DNA from: a virus
Reading direction: 5' to 3' (one strand)
DNA: 64,000 nt
Virus record (IMG/VR): IMGVR_UViG_3300046794_000505
Location: 1 to 64,000 of that record
Every line of letters starts with the position of its first letter. The stretch's first letter is position 1. The position numbers and the translations under genes are program-made. The notes below the pieces were generated by a model that saw only the letters and a program-made list of their open reading frames with translations, had not been told where the DNA came from and did no database searches. Shown here piece by piece: positions 46,874 to 57,185 of the stretch.

Positions 46874-49666
46874 TCACCCCATCAGGGCAGTAATTGGAAC
46901 GATCACTGCTCTTGAGACAGCACCAACTCCGAAATATTCGGTCTTGGCTGTTGGGGAAGCGCCCGGAATGCGTTTGATGATCTTGCCCCAGTTGTTAGGC
47001 CATGGGCTGTCACGAAGAATCTTGGCGATCGCGTCATGCTGGTTCGAAATGATCACGCCTTTGCGATCATCCGACAGCTTGACGCCATAACGCAGCAACG
47101 ATTCTTTGGCCGTCTGCGCGTAGACCTCGGGATCCGCCTCCATGCCAGATGCCAGCCCGACGAGCTCGCCCAAGGTCCGATCCAAGTTGCTGCCCTGTGT
47201 GCCTAGCACTTTCACCTGCTGACTCATCAACCTGGCCATCAACGAGAATTCATCGCGTTGTTCATTCAGGCTGTTTTCTTCTTCCCACTCCTGGCCTTCA
47301 ATCCATTTCTGGGCTTCTTCGATGGTGACCACATTGTTTGAATGCAGCGCATAGGCACCGGCGAGCAACGCCCCAATCTGGTCGCCCAAGCGTTGCTGAC
47401 CCAGAACCCGAGCACCAGCCTTAGCGAAAGTCTTCGCGTTCTCACGGATGATGCCGATCATGCGAATGGAGCGGGCGTGCAGGCTCTGCACGAATTTGTC
47501 AGTCAGCGTCCCGAAGGTCAGCGCCTCCAGTTTGGCGAATTGCTCGGCCCTGGATTCTTGGCTCTGCGATTGATCGACACGCAACTGCAGCACTGATACC
47601 CGGGTTTTGTCAGAGTATTGATGCACTGCGACACCAATAGATGAGAACGCGAACATGGAACGAATACGGAACGATTGGTGTTTACCACCAGCGCTGCCTT
47701 TCAGGATTTCACCACCAGACTCACTGGACGCCTGGCGCATCAACTGCATGATGTTCTGGATTCGCTGCTGGGCACCGGCATCCTCACCTTCCGCTTCATC
47801 GAAGATCACTGGACGCGCATCGTGGCCGAGGGCTTGCCGGATACCTGCCTCCGTAGTCGAGGACAATGCATTCAGCGCGAAGCCATCCAAACACCGTGAC
47901 AGAATGTTGGTGATCGCCCACGACTTACCGGTACCACCGCCACCCGTGAGCCAGATATGCGGACGCCAATCGAGAGAGCCGCAGATCGCCGCCAGTACAA
48001 TGAAGCCGGCGAACAGGTAAGCATCGATCGGCTTCTCCCACTGCATCATCTTGCAGATTTCGATCACTTTGTAGGCTTCGCGGGCGCTCAAGGGGTGGTC
48101 GATATCCACCAGCATGCCGCGCGAATGTTCGTAAATATGCCATCCATCCACGTCCCGCAGCTGACAGACAGTGCCATCGACGATCAGGTGCGAACCCAGG
48201 TGCAGCACCGAGCGCCCACTGTCCCACCAAGCGCCGCGCCCGCGGATGCGATCCGGGTCATAGATACCCTCGGCCTCGCACATCCGCATCAGGGCATTGA
48301 CGGCCATGTCCCAAGAAACTCGACTCGTTGCACCAGGATAACGGGCCTCCCAGTGCGAGAGGGGCGCCATGGCCAACAGCGCCTGTTTCGAGTGACCGGA
48401 TGCGGTCAGCTCGTGCACCTGTCGTGAACCCTTGGCCAGATAGAAGAACGACCCGTGGTCATAGCCGAGCGGACGATAGGGGTCATCGTCATCGTCGAAA
48501 ACTTCAAGGTATTCGGCGCTGACCGGCTCTTTGAATTCTTCTTCCTCTTCGAGGCTGACACCATCACCAGCCTCAGATTCATACTGATCCGGCACCTCCT
48601 CATCGTCGGCGTCTGCATGCGGCAGCGGCTCAAGTGCTTTGCCGGCATGCGCCTTGATATAAGCCAGGGTGTGCATGGCATCCCAGCCGTCGATATTGAT
48701 CGCGTCGGCGATGTCCCAGCCCTCGGGCGAGCCATCGGGCGGCTCAACGCACATGATCCCGGCAACACCGACTTCTTGCAGTATCTGGACCAGGCCGTTA
48801 TTCAGCTCGCCGTCACTGTTGAACCAACCGTAAGTCGTCTGATAGCCGGGGATGTCAGCATCGCGCCAGAGAATGATCCGGCGCCCGGCCAACGAACTGA
48901 AATCAACATGACGAATCGCCTTCCCGCCTCCCGGCCATGAGACGATGGGAATCTGATTGATGACTTCGGTGGCGACATCGACGCACTTCTCGCCCTCGAC
49001 CAGGAGCACGGGAACCTTGCTGTCGAACTGCACCAGATTGTCGAGGCCATAGAGCGGACGTGGTTTCGGGAACGAGAGCCAGCGCCAAGCTTCACGGTTG
49101 TCCTCAGTATTGCGCGCCCACACCAACGGCATTGGCTCTTTCTTCCCGGTAACTGGGTGCAAAAACCGCACGACATAGCCGATCAATTGGCTGCCCATGT
49201 CGCGATAGGGGTAAATCTTCTGGATCGGAAACTCTATCCATTCATTTTCGATCATGCGTCGATAAATGAATGTCGGCTCGGGGACGCCGGCCGGTGCCGG
49301 AATGATCGGCTCCCACTCAGGCTGTGCATTCATCTTCACCGAGTCGCGTTGCATCGGCGTCAGATTATTCACTTGGCGCAGATCACCACCAGATAGCACC
49401 TTACAGGCATCGACAAAACTCATCTGCTCGAAGTCGATAACAAACCGAATTGCATCGCCACTCGCACCACAACCGAAGCAGTAATACATCTGCTTGTCCG
49501 GAACCACCTTGAAACTTGGCGACTTTTCTTTGTGGAATGGGCAACAGGCTTCCCACTCCTTGCCGGACTTTTTCAGGTCGACGCCATAACCGGCGATCAC
49601 CTCTTTGATGTCGACCGCGGCCAGGATTTTTTCCCGGTCAATGCGGGGTAGCTCTTTTCTTGCCAT
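46874..49666 (-). CDS. DNA primase-helicase (CHC2 zinc finger, TOPRIM, P-loop helicase)
   Basis: CPFHKEKSPSF..YCFGCG; LVEGEK, WRDAD, WDIAD; GGGGTGKS, IFDEAE. Confidence 0.9.
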   Translation of the reverse strand: MARKELPRIDREKILAAVDIKEVIAGYGVDLKKSGKEWEACCPFHKEKSPSFKVVPDKQMYYCFGCGASGDAIRFVIDFEQMSFVDACKVLSGGDLRQVNNLTPMQRDSVKMNAQPEWEPIIPAPAGVPEPTFIYRRMIENEWIEFPIQKIYPYRDMGSQLIGYVVRFLHPVTGKKEPMPLVWARNTEDNREAWRWLSFPKPRPLYGLDNLVQFDSKVPVLLVEGEKCVDVATEVINQIPIVSWPGGGKAIRHVDFSSLAGRRIILWRDADIPGYQTTYGWFNSDGELNNGLVQILQEVGVAGIMCVEPPDGSPEGWDIADAINIDGWDAMHTLAYIKAHAGKALEPLPHADADDEEVPDQYESEAGDGVSLEEEEEFKEPVSAEYLEVFDDDDDPYRPLGYDHGSFFYLAKGSRQVHELTASGHSKQALLAMAPLSHWEARYPGATSRVSWDMAVNALMRMCEAEGIYDPDRIRGRGAWWDSGRSVLHLGSHLIVDGTVCQLRDVDGWHIYEHSRGMLVDIDHPLSAREAYKVIEICKMMQWEKPIDAYLFAGFIVLAAICGSLDWRPHIWLTGGGGTGKSWAITNILSRCLDGFALNALSSTTEAGIRQALGHDARPVIFDEAEGEDAGAQQRIQNIMQLMRQASSESGGEILKGSAGGKHQSFRIRSMFAFSSIGVAVHQYSDKTRVSVLQLRVDQSQSQESRAEQFAKLEALTFGTLTDKFVQSLHARSIRMIGIIRENAKTFAKAGARVLGQQRLGDQIGALLAGAYALHSNNVVTIEEAQKWIEGQEWEEENSLNEQRDEFSLMARLMSQQVKVLGTQGSNLDRTLGELVGLASGMEADPEVYAQTAKESLLRYGVKLSDDRKGVIISNQHDAIAKILRDSPWPNNWGKIIKRIPGASPTAKTEYFGVGAVSRAVIVPITALMG

Positions 49667-49670
49667 GACG

Positions 49671-50111
49671 CTACTTCCCTTGTTGTTGGTCGTCGTAAGG
49701 CCAGGAGTCAATAACAGCCTGAGCCTGCTCGGGACTTTTGGCGAAGCCTGCGATCCCGCCGTAGAAACGGATTCGCTCCACGAAGGTTTTCTGATGCTTC
49801 TTCGCCACGCCCTTGAGGTCTTTGACCTCGATCACGGTGTAAACAGCGATCTTCCTGCCCATCAACCGCTCGGCCCACTCCGGGGTCATGGTGATGGTGG
49901 TCCATCCGTTGAGGTCGCTGGCGCCGGTCAGCAGCTCACCATCCGACTTGGTCAACCCAGCCCTGAGCGGCCTGAAGGTGGTGCCCACCAGCATGTTTTT
50001 GACACGCTTGAAATTTCCAACCCAGCCCATGCCCGTGGTCAGTTTGAACAGCCGGGTTGCGCCGTTGGAGCAGGCAAGCATGATTTCCTTGACGACATTC
50101 GTTTCACTCAT
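49671..50111 (-). CDS. VRR-NUC-like nuclease
   Basis: GASDLNG...VIEVK...HQKTF...GGIAGF. Confidence 0.75.
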   Translation of the reverse strand: MSETNVVKEIMLACSNGATRLFKLTTGMGWVGNFKRVKNMLVGTTFRPLRAGLTKSDGELLTGASDLNGWTTITMTPEWAERLMGRKIAVYTVIEVKDLKGVAKKHQKTFVERIRFYGGIAGFAKSPEQAQAVIDSWPYDDQQQGK

Positions 50112-51574
50112 GCCTTGGCAGCCTGTTTTGCTTGACGTCCATGGAGGATGTGCCGCGCCCATGCATGCGGATTTTTGTAACGCTTCTGTTTGGCCAGTTC
50201 GACCAGCTCCTCAAGCGTTTTCGCCTGACTCTGTTCGTAGGCACGGTTACGTTTCATCTGCGCCGCCTGCTCGGCCTCCACGCGCTGCAACTCACCATCG
50301 ACCTCGTCAACTACTCGGCCTTTGAATTCGACCGCAGTACCACAGTTCGGACAACTCGGCGCTGGCGCGAAGGTCACCCAGCAGGTATCACACTGGAGCA
50401 CCCGGATATTGATTTCGTTTTTCTTCCCGGTGCGCGTCACTTCACCACTGAGGGACCATTCGCGATCCTCTTCGGGGAGGCCATGCTTGGCACAGTTGCC
50501 AACATGGTCCAGCACGATGGCCCGGTCCTGGCCTTCGAACGGACGCAGGATGCGCCCAACTTGCTGCATGTGCAGGCCAGTACTCTGCGTTGGCCGCAGC
50601 AGGATCCCGCAACCCACTACCGGGATGTCGGTACCTTCGGAAACGATATCACAGCTGCTCAACCCGTCCAGACGCCCAGTGGTCAGGCCATGAATCAGCG
50701 AGCGGCGCTGTGCGCTGTGCATGGTGCCGTCGATTGACTGGAACTTCCAGCCGGCAGAGCGGAAGTCGGCCGCCACGTGTTCGGCATGCGAGACGGACAC
50801 GCAGAAGGCCAATGCCTGAAGGCCTGGGCAGAGCTTGCCATAATGCTTCACGGCGGAACCGGTAATAACGGGTTTGTCGACCGCTTCCACCAGTTCTTTC
50901 TGGATGAAGTCCTTGCCGCCACCGCCATGCCGAACCCCGGTCAGGTCAAGAGCAGTGGGCGGCGCATAGACAGTCGATGGCAGCAAGAACCCCAGTCGAA
51001 TCAGTTCGCTCATTGACGGCCCGACCACCATGTCGTTGAACAGGCCTCCATGGTCTACACCCAGACCTTTACCATCGGAGCGGATCGGCGTCGCCGTCAC
51101 CCCGAGAATTCGCGCTTGATCATAGAACCCGAGGATCTTGCCCCACGTATTGTCCTTCTGACAGTGGTGCGCCTCATCCGGGATGATCAGATCGGGCGAC
51201 CAGGTCGTTGACAGCCGATTGACCAAAGTCCCAACGCTGGCGATCGCGATTTTCGCCGTTTCACTCAGGTACAGGCGACCCAGCTCGCTCAGCTGCTGAT
51301 GCTGGATCTCGCGGATATGGTCGGTCTGAGCGATCAGGTAATGCTTCAGACCCATCTTCGCCAGCGACATCGAGGCCTGCATCAGCAGCTCTTTACGGTG
51401 CACCAGAATCAGGACTTTATTCTGTTTTTTCGTCGCGCCATCGGCTACATAGCTGAACGTAAAAGTCTTACCCCCGCCGGTTGGCAGCACATACAGAACA
51501 GCCCTGTTCTTAGCCTGGAATGAACGCCGTATCGCATCCACCCCGGCCGCTTGATACGGCCTGAGTTGAATCAT
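50108..51574 (-). CDS. SF2 (DEAH) DNA helicase
   Basis: LRPYQ, PTGGGKT, DEAHH, TATP, EGTDIP, QQVGRILR, C-terminal zinc ribbon. Confidence 0.93.
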   Translation of the reverse strand: MIQLRPYQAAGVDAIRRSFQAKNRAVLYVLPTGGGKTFTFSYVADGATKKQNKVLILVHRKELLMQASMSLAKMGLKHYLIAQTDHIREIQHQQLSELGRLYLSETAKIAIASVGTLVNRLSTTWSPDLIIPDEAHHCQKDNTWGKILGFYDQARILGVTATPIRSDGKGLGVDHGGLFNDMVVGPSMSELIRLGFLLPSTVYAPPTALDLTGVRHGGGGKDFIQKELVEAVDKPVITGSAVKHYGKLCPGLQALAFCVSVSHAEHVAADFRSAGWKFQSIDGTMHSAQRRSLIHGLTTGRLDGLSSCDIVSEGTDIPVVGCGILLRPTQSTGLHMQQVGRILRPFEGQDRAIVLDHVGNCAKHGLPEEDREWSLSGEVTRTGKKNEINIRVLQCDTCWVTFAPAPSCPNCGTAVEFKGRVVDEVDGELQRVEAEQAAQMKRNRAYEQSQAKTLEELVELAKQKRYKNPHAWARHILHGRQAKQAAKA

Positions 51575-51888
51575 TCATCGCGCCCCTGTTCCTCCTCAGT
51601 GGCCTCGCGGGCTCTGTTTCGTGCGAGCGCTTCCTCCGTATCTGCGGAATTGATCAGATCGAGATGCACCAGGTGCGCTTCGATCATGTTCTGATTACGT
51701 TGCTGCACCATCTTGATCAGTGCGCAGATCATCAGGTCATAGGTGCGTTGGCTGCACCCGGTTTTTTGCCGGCGTAACACGGCGATTGTAGACGGAGAGA
51801 CACCCGCCAACACACAAACCTCCTTTACGGCAAATCCTGCGCTATCCACTTTCTGCAGGAGGTCAGAAGCTAAGTTCATGATTTTCAC
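51571..51888 (-). CDS. Cro-like HTH regulator
   Basis: VKEVCVLAGVSPSTIAVLRR; first gene of a divergent operon. Confidence 0.6.
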   Translation of the reverse strand: MKIMNLASDLLQKVDSAGFAVKEVCVLAGVSPSTIAVLRRQKTGCSQRTYDLMICALIKMVQQRNQNMIEAHLVHLDLINSADTEEALARNRAREATEEEQGRDE

Positions 51889-51989
51889 CTTGTATTTTCC
51901 AGTTTTGCTCCTGACGGAACACCGTCAAGATTTAATGATTATGGGCCACTGGATTTACAATTTGCAAACGCTAACGTCAAAAAACTAGC

Positions 51990-52018
51990 TTGCAAGGTGC
52001 AAAATTGTTGCCCATAAT
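51990..52018 (+). promoter_or_regulatory. sigma70-like promoter for the recombination operon
   Basis: TTGCAA-17-CATAAT. Confidence 0.65.
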
Positions 52019-52056
52019 CGCGCCAGTCGGGACTAATTTGAATTTCGAGCGCGGAT

Positions 52057-52908
52057 ATGGCCACAGACGAGACGATCATCAGGTGCAGCGGATTGCCTGC
52101 TTATATGGACTGCAATCGCCGGGCGGCGGCCAAGCTGTTTCAGGGTGAGGTAGAGGCCGCTGGCTACGAACTGCGCCAGCTGGCCGCTTCTGTCGGTTCC
52201 GCACTGGGCACCTCTGCGCACTATGGCATTGAGGTGGTGCTGACCAACAAGATCTATAACGGTCAGCTGGGCAGCGTTGATGATGCCTGCAATGCGGCCG
52301 TGGACAAGTTCAGCGAAGAGATCACCGACGGCGTCATCTGGGATGACACCACTCCGAGCTTGAACGCCGCAATTGTTCAGCTACGGCGCCAAGTGCAAGC
52401 CTATATGCCCCTGGCTGCCCTGCTGGACCCGAAGGCCGTGGAAATTTCACTCTCAGCCGATATCGGTGATGGGTTTACACTTGCCGGCCACATCGACATT
52501 TTGGAAAACAACGGCGCGATTCGCGACGAGAAATACGGCGCCCGGGAAGGCCAGTTCTGGCTGCAACTGGGAGGCTATGCCTTGCTGGCGATATCGGCCG
52601 GACATGAGGTCAACAGCCTCAACGTCGACTGGATCCCCCGCGTTGGCAAAACGAAACACCAACCACCGGTTACCACTACCACTTATCCCCTGCAACAGGC
52701 CCAGACCGATGCCTATCAGGTGATTCAGCGGATCAAAATGGACGTTGGGTTATTCCGCCAAGACCCCGACAGGCTGTATCAGTCCTTCCCGGCAAACCCC
52801 ATGAGCATGCTGTGCTCGGACAAGTATTGTCCGGCTCACGGTACTGAGTTCTGTAATGCCTGGAAATATCAGGTCGCCAAACCCAAAGACGAGGAATTCC
52901 CCGTATGA
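52057..52908 (+). CDS. PD-(D/E)XK (Cas4/RecB-like) exonuclease
   Basis: GTSAH, E..LAGHID..IRDEKYG, QLGGY, C-terminal C..YC..C. Confidence 0.8.
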   Translation: MATDETIIRCSGLPAYMDCNRRAAAKLFQGEVEAAGYELRQLAASVGSALGTSAHYGIEVVLTNKIYNGQLGSVDDACNAAVDKFSEEITDGVIWDDTTPSLNAAIVQLRRQVQAYMPLAALLDPKAVEISLSADIGDGFTLAGHIDILENNGAIRDEKYGAREGQFWLQLGGYALLAISAGHEVNSLNVDWIPRVGKTKHQPPVTTTTYPLQQAQTDAYQVIQRIKMDVGLFRQDPDRLYQSFPANPMSMLCSDKYCPAHGTEFCNAWKYQVAKPKDEEFPV

Positions 52909-54059
52909 GCAATGAAGTGGCAAAAACCGGCCAGATGGTCAACCCCTACGCGCTTCAGCAAGGCGGGAAACTGCCGGATAGCGTGAATGCCGGCACCGTA
53001 ACGATCGAAGTGCAACGGGCGATCGCCGAGGTTCAGGCCAAGCTGATGATCGCCAAAGCGATGCCGCGCGATCCGGTCGCCGCCTGGGAGAAGGTCATGA
53101 AAGCATGCGCGTTGCCGGGCATGGCTGAAGCGGCGTTCTACTCTTACAAGCGTGGCGGACAAGAGGTGACCGGCCCATCGATCCGCCTGGCCGAGGCGCT
53201 GGCCAGCGCTTGGGGAAACATCGACTACGGCATGCGCGAGCTGTCGAACAAGGACGGCGTGACCGAACTCGAGGCGTATGCCTGGGATCTGGAAACCAAC
53301 ACTCTGACCACCCAGCGTTTCACCGTCCAGCACAAACGCGACACCAAAGGCGGTGGCTACGCCCTGACCGATCAGCGTGACATCTATGAGCTGGGGGCCA
53401 ACATGGGTGCACGACGCATGCGCGCACGGATCTTGGCCGTATTGCCGGCCGATATCGTCAAGGCAGCTGAAGAGAAATGCCGCCAGACCTTGGCCGGTGG
53501 CGGCGGTGTGCCAATCGAAGAACGCGTGAAAAAGATGCTGACCGCATTCGGAACTCACGGAATTTCGCAGAAGCACATCGAAGCACGCCTGGGTAAAAAA
53601 CTCGCCGACGTGCTGCCGGATGACTTGGTATTGCTGATCGGGATTCACAACTCGATCAAAGACGGAAACGTCACCGCTTCCGAAGCGTTCGAAGCAAAAA
53701 CCGAACAACCCCTGGTTAAAGATCCGACACCGGAAAAACCAACGACAACCACCACATCTCCTGCTGCTACTGGCGAAAACACCGGAGGCGCGATCAAAGA
53801 TCCAGCGCCCGCTCGCGCACGGCAGACCCGCGCAAGACCAGCGGATAAGCCGGCAGATACCACACCGCTGAATGTCGAAAACGCCAATCAGGACCAGCTA
53901 CAGGATCAGGGTCAATTACAGAACCAAGATCAATCCGGCGCCGGTGATCCACCACTTGAAAATCCGGCTGAAGATCTGGGTTCACTGTTCGGCGGCGATG
54001 ACAGTCAATCATCAGACCCTGATCAAGATGCTGAAAACGACGACGATTCACCGTTCTAA
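52905..54059 (+). CDS. Putative recombinase / ssDNA-annealing protein
   Basis: AKAMPRD...GPSIRLAE...WGN...AWDLETN...ARRMRARIL; acidic tail ending DDDSPF; follows the exonuclease. Confidence 0.6.
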   Translation: MSNEVAKTGQMVNPYALQQGGKLPDSVNAGTVTIEVQRAIAEVQAKLMIAKAMPRDPVAAWEKVMKACALPGMAEAAFYSYKRGGQEVTGPSIRLAEALASAWGNIDYGMRELSNKDGVTELEAYAWDLETNTLTTQRFTVQHKRDTKGGGYALTDQRDIYELGANMGARRMRARILAVLPADIVKAAEEKCRQTLAGGGGVPIEERVKKMLTAFGTHGISQKHIEARLGKKLADVLPDDLVLLIGIHNSIKDGNVTASEAFEAKTEQPLVKDPTPEKPTTTTTSPAATGENTGGAIKDPAPARARQTRARPADKPADTTPLNVENANQDQLQDQGQLQNQDQSGAGDPPLENPAEDLGSLFGGDDSQSSDPDQDAENDDDSPF

Positions 54060-54121
54060 CACCACCATCTATCACAAGCACCGCCGGGCACGCTGCCCGG
54101 CTGGCGTAGGGGAGCACCTGA

Positions 54122-55825
54122 ATGTTAGCCAGAATTGAAAACTTCCGAGGGATTCGCCGCGGCGATTTCCAGATCAAAGGCCTGACGCTGATCGGCGCCG
54201 ATAACTATGCGGGCAAATCATCGCTGGCCCAGGCAGTGGGGGCAGCTCTAACTGGTCGCCCGTTACCACTCAAAGGCATGACCAAGGCCATGGCCGGCCT
54301 GCTGGTCCGCAGCGGTGCCACCAAGGCATTTGTCGAAGTGGCTACCGATGACAACGAAAGCATGGTCCGGATCAACTGGCCAAAAGCCGAAGTGTCCACA
54401 GAAGGCCCGCGACCACCGACCGCCACCGAATGGGCGACCGGCCTGATCAGCTTGGCCAACATGGACCCAACCGAGCGCAGCATCGCGCTGACCGACTTCC
54501 TGCAAGCAGTACCTAGCAAAGCCGACCTGGCCGCCGAGCTGAAGAAGGCGGAAATCTCCGAGAAGGCCACCGAACAGTTGTGGGCCATGATCACGGAATT
54601 TGGCTGGGAGGAATCCGAGCGCAAGGCCCGCGACAAAGGCAAGGATTACAAATTCCAATGGAAGAACATCACCGGCGAAAACTGGGGCAGCAAAAAAGGC
54701 GAGAGTTATGTCCCGGCCGACTGGGATTACGAGCTCGACAAGGACGGCACCAGCCTCGAGCAGCTGCAGATCGACGTCGACAATTACAAAGCCGAACTGG
54801 AGTCGGCGATCGCCGCCAGTGCTGTCGACTTCGCGGAGTACTCGCGTCTACAAGAGCTGGCCGACGCCGAAACAGTTCTACATGACGCGCTGGATGAAAT
54901 CGCCAGTCGCTTAAAGGCTGCTCGCGAAGCCGAAGATGTCGCCAACCAGGCGGTAACCGACAACCCGATGCCGTCGGCCCGACCGACCACCGTTGATTGC
55001 CCGCACTGTGCGAAACCGCTCATCGTTCGGGGCGGACAGCTGCACAAGGTGGAGGACACGCTATCGCCGGAGAAATTCGCCGAGATGCAAACCGCCCACA
55101 TGGACGCCCGCAATGCTGCTGCCACCGCCCGCGAGCTATCGCAGACTATCGGTGGTGAGCATAGCGTCGCTCAGTCGAAACTCAACGAAGCCAAAGACGC
55201 GCAGGCCAAGGTTTTTGCCATTGACGAAGCGGCTGAGGCCGGTGCTGACGAGACCAACCAGGTGGACGTCGAAGGTGCCCGCGCTAACTTGTCCAACGCC
55301 GAAAGCCGTTTCAATTCATTCAAGAAGAAACACGATGCCGACCGGATTAACGCGGCGATCGAGAAAAACCAACTGGTGGTCGATATCCTGGCGCCCAGTG
55401 GCCTTCGCCTGAATGTCCTGTACACCGCCGTGCGCAAGTTCTGCGATGAGTGGGTGAAACCATTGATCAAGGCGTCGGGCTTCCCGTCGGTGGCGATCGA
55501 TCGCGAACTGTCGTTGACCTTGGGCGACCGCGTGTACCTGATGCTGTCTGAAGCCGAGAAATACATTGTCCGTGTGGTGCTCCAGACGGCCATGGCGATG
55601 AAGCTCGGCGATACGGTGATGGTGATTGATGCGGCCGACATCCTGATGCGCAGCGGCCGCAACAGCCTGGTGAAAATGCTGGTTCATTCCGCCATTGATA
55701 CCCTGCTGTTCATGTCGCTGGGATCAATCTCTGACCTCCCGGACTTGGCCAAATCCGGCAAAGGCAACTCCTACTGGATCAATGAGGGGGAAGTTGTTGA
55801 ACGGGTTGCCGTCATAGCTGCCTAG
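54122..55825 (+). CDS. Rad50/SbcC-like SMC ATPase
   Basis: IENFRGI, Walker A GADNYAGKSS, central CPHC hook within coiled coil, signature LSEAE, Walker B VMVIDAAD. Confidence 0.75.
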   Translation: MLARIENFRGIRRGDFQIKGLTLIGADNYAGKSSLAQAVGAALTGRPLPLKGMTKAMAGLLVRSGATKAFVEVATDDNESMVRINWPKAEVSTEGPRPPTATEWATGLISLANMDPTERSIALTDFLQAVPSKADLAAELKKAEISEKATEQLWAMITEFGWEESERKARDKGKDYKFQWKNITGENWGSKKGESYVPADWDYELDKDGTSLEQLQIDVDNYKAELESAIAASAVDFAEYSRLQELADAETVLHDALDEIASRLKAAREAEDVANQAVTDNPMPSARPTTVDCPHCAKPLIVRGGQLHKVEDTLSPEKFAEMQTAHMDARNAAATARELSQTIGGEHSVAQSKLNEAKDAQAKVFAIDEAAEAGADETNQVDVEGARANLSNAESRFNSFKKKHDADRINAAIEKNQLVVDILAPSGLRLNVLYTAVRKFCDEWVKPLIKASGFPSVAIDRELSLTLGDRVYLMLSEAEKYIVRVVLQTAMAMKLGDTVMVIDAADILMRSGRNSLVKMLVHSAIDTLLFMSLGSISDLPDLAKSGKGNSYWINEGEVVERVAVIAA

Positions 55826-55935
55826 CAGTCGTTGTTGGGCGCCTAAGTATAGGCGCCCGGCATGCCAATGGAGAAGAGCGCCCGGGCAGTCGTGCCAACA
55901 GAATTGGGTGTCTCTAACAGAGCGAGGGGAACTAC

Positions 55936-56274
55936 GTGGCTCACAGAAAGATAAAAGACTTGGCCGTTAAGGTTGGGGAGTATGAATCACAAGGTGAAAA
56001 AAAGAGCAGATGGCACAATGTCGGGGCACTGATGGATGATGGAAATGGCGGTCAATACCTGATGCTGGATCGCTTCTTTAACCCGGCTGGCGTCCCGAAT
56101 CCTGAGGGTCGTGCCTCATTGCTGATCTCGATGTTTGACCCTAAAGACCAGCGGACAGAAACGCGACCACAAGCAACCCCGCAACGGACACCGGCCCAGC
56201 GCCCGACACCACAGCAACCACGACCACAAGCGCCACCACCCCAGAATAGAAAAGATGATGATGTGCCGTTCTAG
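55936..56274 (+). CDS. Single-stranded DNA-binding protein-like
   Basis: OB-like N-terminus, Pro/Gln linker, DDDVPF tip. Confidence 0.7.
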   Translation: MAHRKIKDLAVKVGEYESQGEKKSRWHNVGALMDDGNGGQYLMLDRFFNPAGVPNPEGRASLLISMFDPKDQRTETRPQATPQRTPAQRPTPQQPRPQAPPPQNRKDDDVPF

Positions 56275-56302
56275 CCATTCACCAGCACAAAGGATGCAGC
56301 AG

Positions 56303-56581
56303 ATGTCGAATGATTTGAGAGACCGGTGCGTCGCCAGCATGACCGCCGCCGGACATACACAGAAAGCCGCGAATCATATCTTCACCGAGATTATGAATGA
56401 TGTGGCCACCACTCTACTCTCCGAAGGAAAAGCGGTGCTGCCAGGCGTGGGCACCCTGAAGAAATATCGCCGCAACGCCCGAAAGGGCTATGACATTCAG
56501 GCTGGCACCATGGGCGAGATCCCTGAAACCAACGCCATCAAGTTCATCCCCGCGAAACAGATTCGCGAAGCTTTGAACTGA
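56303..56581 (+). CDS. HU-family DNA-binding protein (second, divergent)
   Basis: LPGVGTLK...ARKGYDIQAG...IKFIPAKQIREALN. Confidence 0.85.
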   Translation: MSNDLRDRCVASMTAAGHTQKAANHIFTEIMNDVATTLLSEGKAVLPGVGTLKKYRRNARKGYDIQAGTMGEIPETNAIKFIPAKQIREALN

Positions 56582-56595
56582 TCAGTATCATCCAT

Positions 56596-56625
56596 AAAAA
56601 ATGGGCACCTGTTATGGCGCCCATT
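56596..56625 (-). terminator. Intrinsic terminator
   Basis: Minus strand aatgggcgcc-ataac-aggtgcccatttttt between convergent genes. Confidence 0.6.
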
Positions 56626-56651
56626 CGGAATGAAACACTCCCCGCACAACA

Positions 56652-57185
56652 TTATTTTGTCGGCGGCGTGCTCTGTGCAAGCAGGACGTCTTTGGCTTGG
56701 CTTCCATGGCTTGAGCCAAAGTAGAAAGAAAGGATGAGCATCAGGCCGTCACGAAGCGTGGCGATAAGGTCGTTGGCGGTCCCATCCGTTGGTATCCCGA
56801 CGCCGGTCAGCTTCAGTCCAGTGATGATGCAAAACCCCAGTACAAACAGCCATGCGAGCACTGGCAATGTGTAGGACTTGGTGCTGACCTGCATCGACCG
56901 AGCATTGGCGCGGTCCGACACTTCGGCTGAATATTGATCCGTTTCGAATTTCAGCTGTAACCCGAGCATCGTCTCTTGATGCGTCTCTTCGAACTGCTTG
57001 GCCTTGAGCGCAGCGTCTGCGTTAGCCGTCAGTGCATTCAGGATGTCGTTCGGGTCAGCACTCTTGGCGCCCAGTGCCGAAGCCAGGGCCGTTCCGATCG
57101 CTGCACCTCCGGGGATCGGCAGCACCGCGCCGAGCAACGGCAACCCAACGCGGGCGAGTTCACCACCGAGATCTTTCCAGTCCAT
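56652..57185 (-). CDS. Holin-like membrane protein (3TM type)
   Basis: DRANARSMQ, two C-terminal TM segments, FYFGSSHGS; adjacent to the endolysin. Confidence 0.7.
   Translation of the reverse strand: MDWKDLGGELARVGLPLLGAVLPIPGGAAIGTALASALGAKSADPNDILNALTANADAALKAKQFEETHQETMLGLQLKFETDQYSAEVSDRANARSMQVSTKSYTLPVLAWLFVLGFCIITGLKLTGVGIPTDGTANDLIATLRDGLMLILSFYFGSSHGSQAKDVLLAQSTPPTK

Noticed and set aside
52057-52908. Cas4 as evidence of CRISPR-Cas
   Set aside because: Stand-alone phage exonuclease in a recombination operon; no cas genes or array.
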